DNA of 64,000 nt, taken from IMG/VR virus record IMGVR_UViG_3300020213_000033. The stretch is one strand, 5' to 3'. A model generated the notes under the pieces. The model was not told the origin of the DNA, did no database searches, and saw nothing but the letters and a program-made list of their open reading frames with translations. The position numbers and the translations under genes were made by a program. Positions 1 through 8,927 of this stretch are shown piece after piece; position 1 is the stretch's first letter, and each line of letters starts with the position of its first letter. Source of the DNA: an uncultured virus (IMG/VR IMGVR_UViG_3300020213_000033) (Duplodnaviria; Heunggongvirae; Uroviricota; Caudoviricetes).

Positions 1-240
1 CGCGGACCCACCCGGCCATCTGCCCCGCGTCGCCCAATGTGTTCGCCACGGCGAGCCGCTCCGGTGGCACGAGCGCCGACACGACAGGCACGGGCGCGAC
101 GAGTGGGCCTGGCACCGTCACGGTGATACGCGTGCCCACCGGCAGCGTCGTGACGGGGCCATTCGTGTCACAGCGGAGATACCGCCTGATGTCACCGTCC
201 GCATACCCCGCTCTCACGCTCACGACCGTGCATGAGTAGG

Positions 241-684
241 TTAGGGCCGGAGGCGGACATTCACCGGGGCCGCAGGGCTGGACCCCGGCCGCGTAAAAAG
301 GTTCGACCGCGCACTCTCCGGGCTCGTGCCAGCCGTGTTCGTGGCGGCCAAAGTCGATTCGTATGTCAACGTCCCAGAGAACGGCAGCGCGAACAGCGGC
401 CCGCCCGCCGTCTCCACGCGCACGCAATCGAGCGCCGGAGCCGCAGGGTCGTCCCAGCGTATTTGCGTCGGGTTGGCCTGCGTTCCGCTCACCGCCGCGC
501 GCGCCTGACCGCAGACCGCCTGTGACGCGGGAAACGCAAACGTGGTGATCGGCGCGGCCCCGCCCTGCGCGTAGATGCTGAGCCGGTAGTCCGTGACCGC
601 CTGCGCCTCAGCCTGAGACGACGCCAGCAGCGACAGCGAGAGCGAGAGCGTGACGAGTAGCGAGCGTGAGAGCCTTGACATCAT
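241..684 (-). CDS. Signal-peptide protein, beta-rich (possibly FN3/Ig-like); paralog of 63144..63590
   Basis: MMSRLSRSLLVTLSLSLSLLASSQAEAQA Sec-type leader; TLAATNTAGTSPES resembles an FN3 C-terminal strand. Confidence 0.75.
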   Translation of the reverse strand: MMSRLSRSLLVTLSLSLSLLASSQAEAQAVTDYRLSIYAQGGAAPITTFAFPASQAVCGQARAAVSGTQANPTQIRWDDPAAPALDCVRVETAGGPLFALPFSGTLTYESTLAATNTAGTSPESARSNLFTRPGSSPAAPVNVRLRP

Positions 685-832
685 GCAGTGCCTCTTTCTG
701 AGCCGTCCATAACGTGCATCCGTAGTCCGCTACCGTGACCACCATAATCATCGGCGCGTCGGGATTGCGGCACACCATCGCAGCGTAGTGTGTCGACCAA
801 TCCCAGTGCATGCAGTCCTTGCACCGGTCCAT
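608..832 (-). CDS. Small 4-Cys protein (CxxCxHW...CRN...DYGC)
   Basis: ATG at 832; conserved in copy 63514..63741. Confidence 0.6.
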   Translation of the reverse strand: MDRCKDCMHWDWSTHYAAMVCRNPDAPMIMVVTVADYGCTLWTAQKEALHDVKALTLATRHALALAVAAGVVSG

Positions 833-860
833 CAGAGCAGCGCGCAGAGGACGAGCAGGA

Positions 861-1553
861 CTAGGAGACGACAACGCGACATGTGGCACCTCGCAGGAGT
901 GTCACCGCGCTAGCGGATACCTCCGACCTGAAACGGATGGCGACGGTGCCGGCGTTCGCACCGTTCTCGTGCGTCCCGCGAATCGTCACGGGGAGGGCAA
1001 GCGCCGCGCCGCCCGTGGCGGGATTCGTGTTGGCGTCCGCCGCGGACTGGCTCGCCTGGTGCCGCGCTGTGGCCGTGGTCGCCGTCACCACGTCATAGCG
1101 CATCGCCGTGGGCGTGGCTGGGCCGTTGATCGCTAGTTGCAAGGCCGTGGTGCTAACGGCCGAGGTATACGAGCCGGCACACTCGAACACTGAGACCTGA
1201 TTCGCCGTCACCGCCCAGGTCAGGCCAGTGACATCGGCAAAGCTCAAGGACGAGGTCGCTTGATCTGCCGTGACCCGCGCGGTGAGTTCGGTGTCGTAGT
1301 CCGTGCCTGGCACGGCCCGCGCCACGACGCCAGCGGCGTGCTTCAACACCCCGTCCGATAGATTGGCGAGGGCTTGTTCGGCGGAGAGAATCCCGTTGGC
1401 GGTCTGCGTGATGTACGTCGCATCGACGGGCGCGCTCTGCGCGGACACTGTCGCCTGGCCCGCGCCGGTCGTGAGCAGTTGATAGAACGCCTGCACCACG
1501 CTCGGGCCGAGGGCCAGCGCGAAGGCGAGGGCCAGCACGCGCGTGGCGATCAC
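861..1553 (-). CDS. Late-region protein with signal-peptide-like N-terminus (tail/virion-associated?)
   Basis: GTG 1553, VIATRVLALAFALALGPSVVQA; Ala/Thr-rich beta-type C-terminal domain. Confidence 0.65.
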   Translation of the reverse strand: MIATRVLALAFALALGPSVVQAFYQLLTTGAGQATVSAQSAPVDATYITQTANGILSAEQALANLSDGVLKHAAGVVARAVPGTDYDTELTARVTADQATSSLSFADVTGLTWAVTANQVSVFECAGSYTSAVSTTALQLAINGPATPTAMRYDVVTATTATARHQASQSAADANTNPATGGAALALPVTIRGTHENGANAGTVAIRFRSEVSASAVTLLRGATCRVVVS

Positions 1554-1569
1554 GCCCGCGGCGCCACGT

Positions 1570-3534
1570 TTAGCGGAAGCTGACGAAGCCATACACTCCC
1601 ACCGCCGCGTTGGTGTTGTCCGTCGAGGTTGGCCCGCCGGTGATGCAGTAGGCGATCCCCGTGGTAAAGGCCATGCCCACCGGCAGGGGCACCGAGACGC
1701 CCGCGCCCGTGGCGGAGGCCGGGATCGGCAGGGTCGTGACGTAGCCCGTGGCGCTCGAGCACGTCGGCGCCGTCGCCAGGTTGTAGAGGCGCAGGTAGTA
1801 GAGGACGGCCGTCGTGTTGATCAGGGTGATGCTGTAGGCGGTGCCCGCCGAGGCTTTGACCGACGTCGCGTTGGTGCTCGCGGCGCTGGCGACGTTGTGC
1901 GTGTCCGCGCCGCCCGAGGCGCCTGCGGTGGGCTGGGTATAGAGGGCGCCCAAGGCGTTCGTGTTAGCCGTCGCGTTGTCCCCGGCCGTGCCCGCCGATG
2001 ACGCCAGCGTGTCGCGCCGTACGGTCAGGATCATCGGGCCAGACACGCCTACCGTTTCCGCCGCGTCCTCAATCACGTCCGAGTTCAGCGTCAGGGCCGC
2101 ACCGGCCGCGTCATACAACACCGTGTTGGTGTAGAGCCTCCCGTTCGCGTCCACGTTGATCGCGCTGTAGTCGCCGGCCGTGCCCGACGAACTGGTCGGC
2201 GTGGTGTCGCGGCGAAGCGCGCCCACAAACACCGTCGCGTCGCCTGTGGTGTGGGCGATGTCCTCGGCAAACTGCGTCGTGCCCGAGCTGCCCACGACGC
2301 GTAACGCGCCCGAGCTGTCCAGCGACAGGGGCGCGTAGTCCCCCGTCGTCCCGGCGAGCGTCGTGCCCGCGTCGTTCCTTACCGCAAGAAGTTGGGTGCC
2401 CAGATCGGCGGTCGTATGCGCGACGTCTTCAGCGAACTGGGTGCCACCGGAGCAGCCCGCCCCACAGTTGACCCACAGGCGTCCGGTGGCGTCCGTCTTC
2501 GGGTTGATGTAGTCGCCATCCGCCGCCGTCGCGGTCGGCGTGGCCTGGGCCATCGCGAGTATCGCCACGCCGGTGTCGGCGGTCGCCACGACCGCATCCT
2601 CGGCCTTGCCGAGATGCGCCGCCGAGGTGCCAGGGGTCACACTGGTGGTAATCGCCGCCATCGAGCCCACCGTGTTCGCGCCCGTGGCGAGCCCTACCAC
2701 GCCCGTGGAGTCGCTGGCGAGGGTGACGCGCTGCACCCCCGTGCCGGCCGCGCCATTGCCCGCCACGGCCAAGATCCCCGCATAGGTCGGCTGGCTGGCC
2801 ATCGCGCCAGAGCGCAGATACCACGGCAGCACGGCGTCGTTGTCCGCGCTCACATCCGTGGGCACCGCCGCACTCGCCCGGCCAACAGCCATGGTGCCAA
2901 TCGTCGACGCGACCGTCAACGCGGCGTCCTGCGTATACTGTGTGCCGCCGCCGAATGATGTGATCTGGGCGCCCGCGGCATCCACAATCGCCATCGAGCC
3001 AGCAAAGTGGGACCCCACCGCGAAGCCCGTCCAGCCGCGATGGGTGCCGGCGACGTTGATGCCCGTGTAGCTTGCGGCGGCCGGGACGGCCGAGGCCGTG
3101 GCGCTGGCCGCGGCATTCGACCCCCCGCCACCGGCCGCGAGCCGCATACCGGCGTTCGGCGCGGCGTCGCCGAACACGCGGGCGGCGCCGGCGCTGTAGC
3201 CGGACATCACGGCTTGGATGGCGGTGTAGCCCGCCACAGGGCAGGACCACGAGCCGGGCGCCGTGGTGGACGTGACCTCACTGGTGCTGTTCGGCGCGAC
3301 GCAGTTCGCGGCGTAGGTGTTGCCGACCGCGTCGAGCACTTGGAAGCTGATGGTGCCGGTGAAGGTGCCATCGACCGAGATCGACGCCTGCGCCATGCCG
3401 CGCGTGCCGGTCACGTACGCTTGGCCGTCGCCGTCCAGTTTCGCCGGGCGCGTTTGCGCGACGGCCGGGAGAGCGGACGCCAGGAGGAGCAGAGTGACGA
3501 TCGTTCGCGTCACTGCTTTCATACGGATGGTCAT
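1570..3534 (-). CDS. Large Ala/Gly/Thr-rich repeat protein with Sec signal
   Basis: MKAVTRTIVTLLLLASALPAVAQ; ~5 internal repeats of the type GTQFAEDxAHTTxD...AGxxGDY...DxxGxL. Confidence 0.8.
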   Translation of the reverse strand: MTIRMKAVTRTIVTLLLLASALPAVAQTRPAKLDGDGQAYVTGTRGMAQASISVDGTFTGTISFQVLDAVGNTYAANCVAPNSTSEVTSTTAPGSWSCPVAGYTAIQAVMSGYSAGAARVFGDAAPNAGMRLAAGGGGSNAAASATASAVPAAASYTGINVAGTHRGWTGFAVGSHFAGSMAIVDAAGAQITSFGGGTQYTQDAALTVASTIGTMAVGRASAAVPTDVSADNDAVLPWYLRSGAMASQPTYAGILAVAGNGAAGTGVQRVTLASDSTGVVGLATGANTVGSMAAITTSVTPGTSAAHLGKAEDAVVATADTGVAILAMAQATPTATAADGDYINPKTDATGRLWVNCGAGCSGGTQFAEDVAHTTADLGTQLLAVRNDAGTTLAGTTGDYAPLSLDSSGALRVVGSSGTTQFAEDIAHTTGDATVFVGALRRDTTPTSSSGTAGDYSAINVDANGRLYTNTVLYDAAGAALTLNSDVIEDAAETVGVSGPMILTVRRDTLASSAGTAGDNATANTNALGALYTQPTAGASGGADTHNVASAASTNATSVKASAGTAYSITLINTTAVLYYLRLYNLATAPTCSSATGYVTTLPIPASATGAGVSVPLPVGMAFTTGIAYCITGGPTSTDNTNAAVGVYGFVSFR

Positions 3535-3598
3535 AGCCGTGGTACCTCGGGAACTGCGTTGGACGACTCGTACCAAACCGAGAACAAGAGCGCCGGAA

Positions 3599-3663
3599 CC
3601 ACGGCGCCGCCGGCTCGCCTGCGGAGAATCCCGCTCGACGTGTCCCAGCCAGCGGCGCCGTGG
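3599..3663 (-). other. Conserved intergenic stem-loop, copy A
   Basis: 17-bp outer stem (3599-3615/3647-3663) with inner hairpin; homolog at 63752..63809. Confidence 0.6.
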
Positions 3664-3668
3664 CTGGA

Positions 3669-3956
3669 TCAGGGGCGGCGCGCGCCGGTCTTCGGGTCGA
3701 ACTCGGGATGCTTATCGAACCATTCGTCCGCCACCGCCTCGAGCTTCTCGCCGCCGGACCGCATCAGGGCGATCTGGCTTAGGAGCTGGGCCTCGATCTC
3801 GTCCGCGGTCTTCACGCCCTCCGTGTCGCGGCGCGCTTTCGCGGCCTCTCGGATCTTCCGGAGCAGCATGAGCGCGGCGCCGATGGTCGGGAACAGCTTC
3901 TCGGCAAACGTGTTCACGGTGTCGAGGGTCGTCTTCGCGGTCTGTGACTTGGCCAT
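3669..3956 (-). CDS. Hypothetical protein with one hydrophobic segment (lysis region)
   Basis: 95-aa ORF, LFPTIGAALMLL. Confidence 0.65.
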   Translation of the reverse strand: MAKSQTAKTTLDTVNTFAEKLFPTIGAALMLLRKIREAAKARRDTEGVKTADEIEAQLLSQIALMRSGGEKLEAVADEWFDKHPEFDPKTGARRP

Positions 3957-3969
3957 TGGGTATCCTGCC

Positions 3970-4698
3970 CTACTGGGTGGGCGCCGGGAGTGGCGCGAGT
4001 CCGGTGGTGATGAGGTCGAAGAGTTTCTCCATGTTGTCGAAGCTGCGGTTCAATGCGGTCGCCAGGGCTTCGGAGCCGCCGGTGAAGACCATGACCGTCC
4101 GCATGATCCGCCGGGCTTCGCCGATGATTGTGACCAGGGTGCGCCCAGCATCTTCCTGCTCTTTGCTCCTGGGGGAAAGCACGCGGTATGTGTCGAGCGC
4201 GGCTGCAAGCTTCTGGAGCGTCTGGCCCAGGGAGCGGAACTGTACCTGGGCTTTCGCGACATACTCCTGACGCAAGCCCGTAGCCTCGGCTGCGATCAGC
4301 GTCTGCTGGGCCTCGATGGCGATCGGCGTGAGCCGGGCGCCGACGTCGGCAATCGTGTGGGCGGGCGTCTTGCCGGCGCACGCGGTCATGGCGCCCGCCA
4401 GGGCCAGAGCCGCCAGGACGGCGCCCACCTTCCGGGCCAGTGCGTCCGGCGCGTCCATCGCCTTGACGGTCGATTCAGACGTGCCGGCCGGCGCCTCGAG
4501 CGCGTTCACGAAGTCGGCACGCGCGCCATATTTCTGCCAGAGGGACCACGCCAGCGCGAGCATCGCCAAACTCAGCCCCGCCACGAACGCCTCGGCCTGC
4601 GTCGGCGTCCAGATACCACGGCTGACGAAAAACGGGACCGCGAGGGCCAGCGCCCAGCGGAAGAGGGAACCGAGCGCGTCGGCAAGAAGGGGTGACAT
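3970..4698 (-). CDS. Putative holin-like membrane protein with internal lipobox-like segment
   Basis: AAGGAG RBS before ATG 4698; two N-terminal TM segments, then ARKVGAVLAALALAGAMTAC. Confidence 0.55.
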   Translation of the reverse strand: MSPLLADALGSLFRWALALAVPFFVSRGIWTPTQAEAFVAGLSLAMLALAWSLWQKYGARADFVNALEAPAGTSESTVKAMDAPDALARKVGAVLAALALAGAMTACAGKTPAHTIADVGARLTPIAIEAQQTLIAAEATGLRQEYVAKAQVQFRSLGQTLQKLAAALDTYRVLSPRSKEQEDAGRTLVTIIGEARRIMRTVMVFTGGSEALATALNRSFDNMEKLFDLITTGLAPLPAPTQ

Positions 4699-4729
4699 GA
4701 GGGTTTCTCCTTGAGAATATGGACGAGGG

Positions 4730-6229
4730 TTACTGGACGATGCGAATGACCGTGGCGCCTGGGACTGAGACACGTTCTCCACGAAACACGCGGCGCTCCC
4801 AGAGCACGCCGCCCGCACGGTAGGCGGTGGCCTGTCCGGCGATGCCGAAGCGGGCCTCCCCGGAGATCACGCCAAGCGAGTAGCCGCCTCGCACCATCGA
4901 ATCCGCACGCGGCGACCCGCCAGGGACGACCTGCAGCGGCGCATCGTCGTGATGCCCCGGCTTCAACACGCCCTGGCCGATGTCCTCGGGAATCTCCATC
5001 GCCCGCCACGCGGCCGGCAATTCCTTGAAGCCCCACGTCGAATCGATAGGCTCACGACTCACGAGCGCCGGGTCGTTGAAGTAGGTCGATGCCTGCCCGG
5101 TCAGCACGTGCATCGTGTAGAGGGCCAGCAGGACATCGTGATCCTCGGTTTGCTGGTAGACGTGCCGAGCGAAGTCACTGGGCGGCGGCGAGCCGTTCGG
5201 CCCGGTGGGCTCATCCTGCACGACCGGCTTCCCGGGGAAGTTCTCGTAGACCGTGTTGAACGATCGGCGCAACGCATCTTCGGCCTGCCACCGCACATCG
5301 TGGATCAACGCGCACGTTGAGTTGCCGCCGGACAGCATCCGCATCCCCGCCTTGTCCTGCGTGTAGGGGTCGCTGATGGACCGCATCCCCCACGGGTAAT
5401 GCTGCGCCCAGGTCCGCATGAGCGACTCGCACTGGGCGATGTTCGCCGAGGACTCCCCGCCGCGCATCGTGCCGCGCAGCTCATTGGCCGCAGCGCCGAG
5501 CCAGCAGATGTCCGCGGAGACTGACGCCGCGATCTGAGCCGTGCGCCGGAATCCGTCCTCGGCCTGCGCCGCGGACCAGTCGTTCATGTCTCCGGTGGAC
5601 AAGTTCACGCGCAGGCCTTGCTCGTGGCAGAACCTCAACACCTCGCGGAGCGTGTCGTCATACCAGCCATCGCGGATCGGGTCCACCGTCAGGCCGCTGT
5701 TGGGCCACCGCGTGCCCTCGCCCGACCACATCCACCCGTTCAGCCGCCAGAGGATGCGGACGTACTGCTGGTACCGCGAGGCATTGGCGATCTCGCGCTT
5801 GGCCTTGTCTGGATTCTCGCGCCACTTGGGCAGCAGCGCGAAGTCCGAGTACCCATGCACGAGGCGCGGCCCGGAGGCATCGCCGAAGCTGCGCCCCTCG
5901 GCCTTCACCTGTCCCACCAGGGGGCGCACAACACGCGCAGGGAGCGGAGGGGGCGGAGGGGGCTCGGGCTCGGCCGGCACATCGTAGGGCGGCGCCGAGC
6001 CGGGGTACCACTCCTGCAGCAGCGCGTTCATCGAACGCAGCGCCGCGTGGTGCCCCTGCCCCGCGTGGCGCGCCTCGACGTAGCGGATGCACAAGTCCAC
6101 GCGTGCGCCATCAGGTGAGGCGCGCTCGTGCCACTCGATCACCGCAAAGCCCTGCGCCAGTTCGCCCTTTTCGTCGTCACCGATATGTGGAATGTTCATT
6201 TGAAGACCTGAGAATACACTACCTGTCAT
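4730..6229 (-). CDS. Putative clan GH-A-like TIM-barrel glycoside hydrolase
   Basis: TAATG overlap with endolysin stop; Pro-rich linker; AANE and VQDEP candidate catalytic glutamates. Confidence 0.45.
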   Translation of the reverse strand: MTGSVFSGLQMNIPHIGDDEKGELAQGFAVIEWHERASPDGARVDLCIRYVEARHAGQGHHAALRSMNALLQEWYPGSAPPYDVPAEPEPPPPPPLPARVVRPLVGQVKAEGRSFGDASGPRLVHGYSDFALLPKWRENPDKAKREIANASRYQQYVRILWRLNGWMWSGEGTRWPNSGLTVDPIRDGWYDDTLREVLRFCHEQGLRVNLSTGDMNDWSAAQAEDGFRRTAQIAASVSADICWLGAAANELRGTMRGGESSANIAQCESLMRTWAQHYPWGMRSISDPYTQDKAGMRMLSGGNSTCALIHDVRWQAEDALRRSFNTVYENFPGKPVVQDEPTGPNGSPPPSDFARHVYQQTEDHDVLLALYTMHVLTGQASTYFNDPALVSREPIDSTWGFKELPAAWRAMEIPEDIGQGVLKPGHHDDAPLQVVPGGSPRADSMVRGGYSLGVISGEARFGIAGQATAYRAGGVLWERRVFRGERVSVPGATVIRIVQ

Positions 6230-6756
6230 TAATTTGACGGGAGTCCGTGATCGTCGAGAAAGCCGAGCGCGCGCGTCGTCCAGCCGAGGATGAAATCGCC
6301 CTGGCTGCGGTTGTCGCGCACGATCGTCGCGTAGCGCAGCAGCCGGGCCTTGAGCACGCGGATGTGGATGACGGCCGGATCGGCGCCGGCGAGCGCAGCC
6401 TTGGTCCGGCCGCCGAACACGCCGTCCGCCGTCACCCGGAGCGCCTCCTGGAGCGTCTGCGTGGCCTCGTAGGGGCCCGACAACACGCCGTCGTCCACGA
6501 CCTGGACTCTGAGCGGCTCGAACGTGATGGCGTCGAAGCCGGGGCCGAGGATGTAGCGGTGGCGGTAAATGTCGGCGGCTTCCGTGACCGTGAGCTTCCG
6601 CACTTCCTCGCGCGTGGCCTGGCGTCCGAGCTTGCGCCACGCGCCGAGCGTCTTGACCGTGATCCCGTGGTTCGTCGGGCCGCCACGGTCGTTGGGATGG
6701 TCCGAGAAGCCGCCCTCGCGGTCGACGATGCCGGCGATGATCTCGTCGCTGGTCAT
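6229..6756 (-). CDS. Endolysin, glycoside hydrolase family 108 with PG-binding C-terminus
   Basis: REGGFSDHPNDRGGPTNHGIT motif; C-terminal FILGWTTR. Confidence 0.92.
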   Translation of the reverse strand: MTSDEIIAGIVDREGGFSDHPNDRGGPTNHGITVKTLGAWRKLGRQATREEVRKLTVTEAADIYRHRYILGPGFDAITFEPLRVQVVDDGVLSGPYEATQTLQEALRVTADGVFGGRTKAALAGADPAVIHIRVLKARLLRYATIVRDNRSQGDFILGWTTRALGFLDDHGLPSN

Positions 6757-7277
6757 TTGTCCTTGAGCGCGCCGAGGACGATGTCGTGCGTCTCTTCGCC
6801 GGTCTGCTGGATGTCGTCGATCTGCGCGCGCGGCGGAATGGCGTCCACAAGGCGCTTGTTCAAGCTCGCGATCTTCTGGTTCACGTCATTGGCCTCTCGC
6901 TGCGCCTCCTTGGACGCCTTGGTGCCCTCGGCAATCTTCGCCGACAGTGTCGTGGTCTGCGCCTCAAGGTCTGTCCGCGCTGTCGTCTTGTCGCTCTCCA
7001 TCTTCCGCGCCACGTCCGCAAACCGGAGGCTCGCCTCTGCGAACTCCTTCGAGCGCGCGGTGCTGGCGAGCAGGAGGGCGAACTTGACGTCCGCCAACTC
7101 GCGCGCCGTCTCCGCTGCCGCGTGCTTGGCGACGAGGATGTCCCGAATGAGCAGCGTGGCCAGGAGCCAGAATCGTGCGAGCGCATTCCCGGGCGGCGGG
7201 ATCAGCTCCGTGAGCAGCGCCACGGCGATCGCCACGACCGACCACCCCGCCGGCGTGGCGAGCGTCCTCGCCGTCAT
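6753..7277 (-). CDS. Membrane/coiled-coil protein (holin-like)
   Basis: Two TM segments then coiled coil; ATGA overlaps at both ends. Confidence 0.6.
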   Translation of the reverse strand: MTARTLATPAGWSVVAIAVALLTELIPPPGNALARFWLLATLLIRDILVAKHAAAETARELADVKFALLLASTARSKEFAEASLRFADVARKMESDKTTARTDLEAQTTTLSAKIAEGTKASKEAQREANDVNQKIASLNKRLVDAIPPRAQIDDIQQTGEETHDIVLGALKDK

Positions 7278-7474
7278 GATGCCCGCCTTCGCGCCGCCGC
7301 CGCATTGATATGGTCGAGCATCCGCTGCATCTCCTCGGCCTCGCGCTCGTCTATCGTGATGCCCGCGCGGAACGCCACACTGTCGACCGATTCCACCCGG
7401 GGCGGCCCCGTCGCCGTGTATGTCGCCCGTGCCCGCCACACCCGCGTCGCCCATGCCGCCATGCGCCGCCACAT
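7274..7474 (-). CDS. Small hypothetical protein
   Basis: GAGG RBS before ATG 7474; coupled to downstream gene. Confidence 0.5.
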   Translation of the reverse strand: MWRRMAAWATRVWRARATYTATGPPRVESVDSVAFRAGITIDEREAEEMQRMLDHINAAAARRRAS

Positions 7475-7476
7475 CG

Positions 7477-7698
7477 TCAGGTCCTCTTCGCTCTGAGCGG
7501 ATCGCGATCGGGTGCCAGGTCGTTGATGCGCTTGGTCTGCAAGTCGAGGATACGCTCGTAGAGCGCCGTCTGGGCGGCGAGCGCCTCCACGTGGTCCGTG
7601 CGCCACATCCAGAGCCGGAAGTAGCTCGCGACGAGCACCGCCCCGAGGGGTCCATACTTGAGCGATTCGGCGATCCATCCTGCAACTCCTTCTTCCAT
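7477..7698 (-). CDS. Small single-TM protein (holin-like)
   Basis: YGPLGAVLVASYFRLWMW followed by helical segment. Confidence 0.6.
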   Translation of the reverse strand: MEEGVAGWIAESLKYGPLGAVLVASYFRLWMWRTDHVEALAAQTALYERILDLQTKRINDLAPDRDPLRAKRT

Positions 7699-7710
7699 GT
7701 GGGGGTCCTA

Positions 7711-8892
7711 CTACTTCACGTCGAACGCGAGCCAGCGGCTGCTGTTCCCGTCGTAGATCATCTGCACCGCTTTGGTGGCTGTCACGACGATGTCCGCCCC
7801 AGTGGCGCAGGTGATGCGATTCGCCGCGAGTGAACCAGCGTTTTCGTGGCGCAGCGTGAGCGAGGCCGCTGACGCGGGTGACGTGACCACCCAGATTTGC
7901 CGCCCGCTGACGCCGCCCGCGATGCCTGTGAAATCGGCGGCGGCGAAGCCGCTCATGAAGAGGATGCAGCTCGCGTTGCCGATCGCCCAGTTGTGCGTGG
8001 TGCCAATCGGGGGACTCGTTGGCGTGAGCGTGAGCGCCCCAATCGACACGCCCCCGGACGCGGAGATCGTAATGGCCGGCGTGACGGCGAACCCGCCCGC
8101 GAAGAAGCGAATGGCCCCACTCACGTGCGAGGCGAAGATGCTGAGCCCCCCCACTCGTGTGGATTCCAGCACCAACCCGTCCTGCACGTAGGCGCCGGCG
8201 GTCACGTACCCGCTGCTCAAGGCGAACAGGGCGCCCACGTTGGTGGCCGCGTCATTCCCCAACAGGAAGGACGCGACCGCGGCCGCGCCGTTCGTGGTAT
8301 TCCGAATCCCCAGCCGGTTGGCGCCAGCAGTGGCGCCAGCGAACATGTGGTCGCCAGCCCCTGTCACCGACAAGAGGCCTCCAGCGATCGTGAAGAGCCC
8401 CGTGAGTGCCGCGGTGATGTCGTTGCCGAGGAACGTGAGCGACGGCGTGCCGTCGGCGTCGTCTCGAATGATGAGCGCGCCCGCGGGGGTCGAGACGATC
8501 CCGTAGGTTTTGCCGGTGCCGCCGATCGATTGGATGCTGAGGCCCGCGTCGGCGGCGGAGCGGCTGATTTGCAGGCCGCGGACATTGGCCGCGGTGACCG
8601 TCAGGACGCTTGAGAGCGCGCCCATCACGTTGTCGACGGTCCAGACGTCCACGAGCGCCGCCGTCTTCAAATTGATCTTGTAGTTGACAGCGTCGCTCAG
8701 AAAGAACGTCTCTCGGCCGTCGCCGTCAAGCGTCACCGGATTGGTGTGCGGGACGGTCAAGGCGGAGTCCTGGTAGACAGGCGACGGCGTATTGGTGCCA
8801 GCGAGGAAGGTGTGGAGCTTGCCGCCGGCCAACGGGGTGCCGTTGCCGTCGAAGAACTGGTGCCGGGGAACCGGCATGAGCGTGCCTGGCAT
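7711..8892 (-). CDS. Tail fibre/tailspike with P22-like head-binding N-terminal domain
   Basis: QFFDGNGTPLAGGKLHTFLAGT...NPVTLDGDGR; Gly/Ala-rich body. Confidence 0.8.
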   Translation of the reverse strand: MPGTLMPVPRHQFFDGNGTPLAGGKLHTFLAGTNTPSPVYQDSALTVPHTNPVTLDGDGRETFFLSDAVNYKINLKTAALVDVWTVDNVMGALSSVLTVTAANVRGLQISRSAADAGLSIQSIGGTGKTYGIVSTPAGALIIRDDADGTPSLTFLGNDITAALTGLFTIAGGLLSVTGAGDHMFAGATAGANRLGIRNTTNGAAAVASFLLGNDAATNVGALFALSSGYVTAGAYVQDGLVLESTRVGGLSIFASHVSGAIRFFAGGFAVTPAITISASGGVSIGALTLTPTSPPIGTTHNWAIGNASCILFMSGFAAADFTGIAGGVSGRQIWVVTSPASAASLTLRHENAGSLAANRITCATGADIVVTATKAVQMIYDGNSSRWLAFDVK

Positions 8893-8927
8893 TTACTGTT
8901 CCTTTCGCACGGCCTGCGCCGGTGCCC

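Larger units (their letters stand above)
1..832. repeat. Diverged direct repeat, copy A (matches 62904..63741)
   Basis: 1..240 nearly identical to 62904..63143; 583..809 nearly identical to 63489..63715; the middle is homologous but diverged. Confidence 0.95.

Noticed and set aside
241..246. +1 shifty stop (CCC-TAA / CCC-TGA) at the end of both paralogs
   Set aside because: The +1 frame closes within about 17 codons; only the -1 frame is long and conserved.
1..832. Duplicated module as a DGR template/variable repeat pair
   Set aside because: Differences are not adenine-specific, and no reverse transcriptase is seen.
3007..4695. Long plus-strand ORFs (also 8922..10571, 22281..24215, 32747..35464, 31069..32766 and others)
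   Set aside because: Antisense shadows of real high-GC genes; no RBS or recognisable motifs.
4730..6850. 706-aa ORF as called
   Set aside because: First 207 codons overlap the endolysin out of frame; the likely start is ATG 6229.
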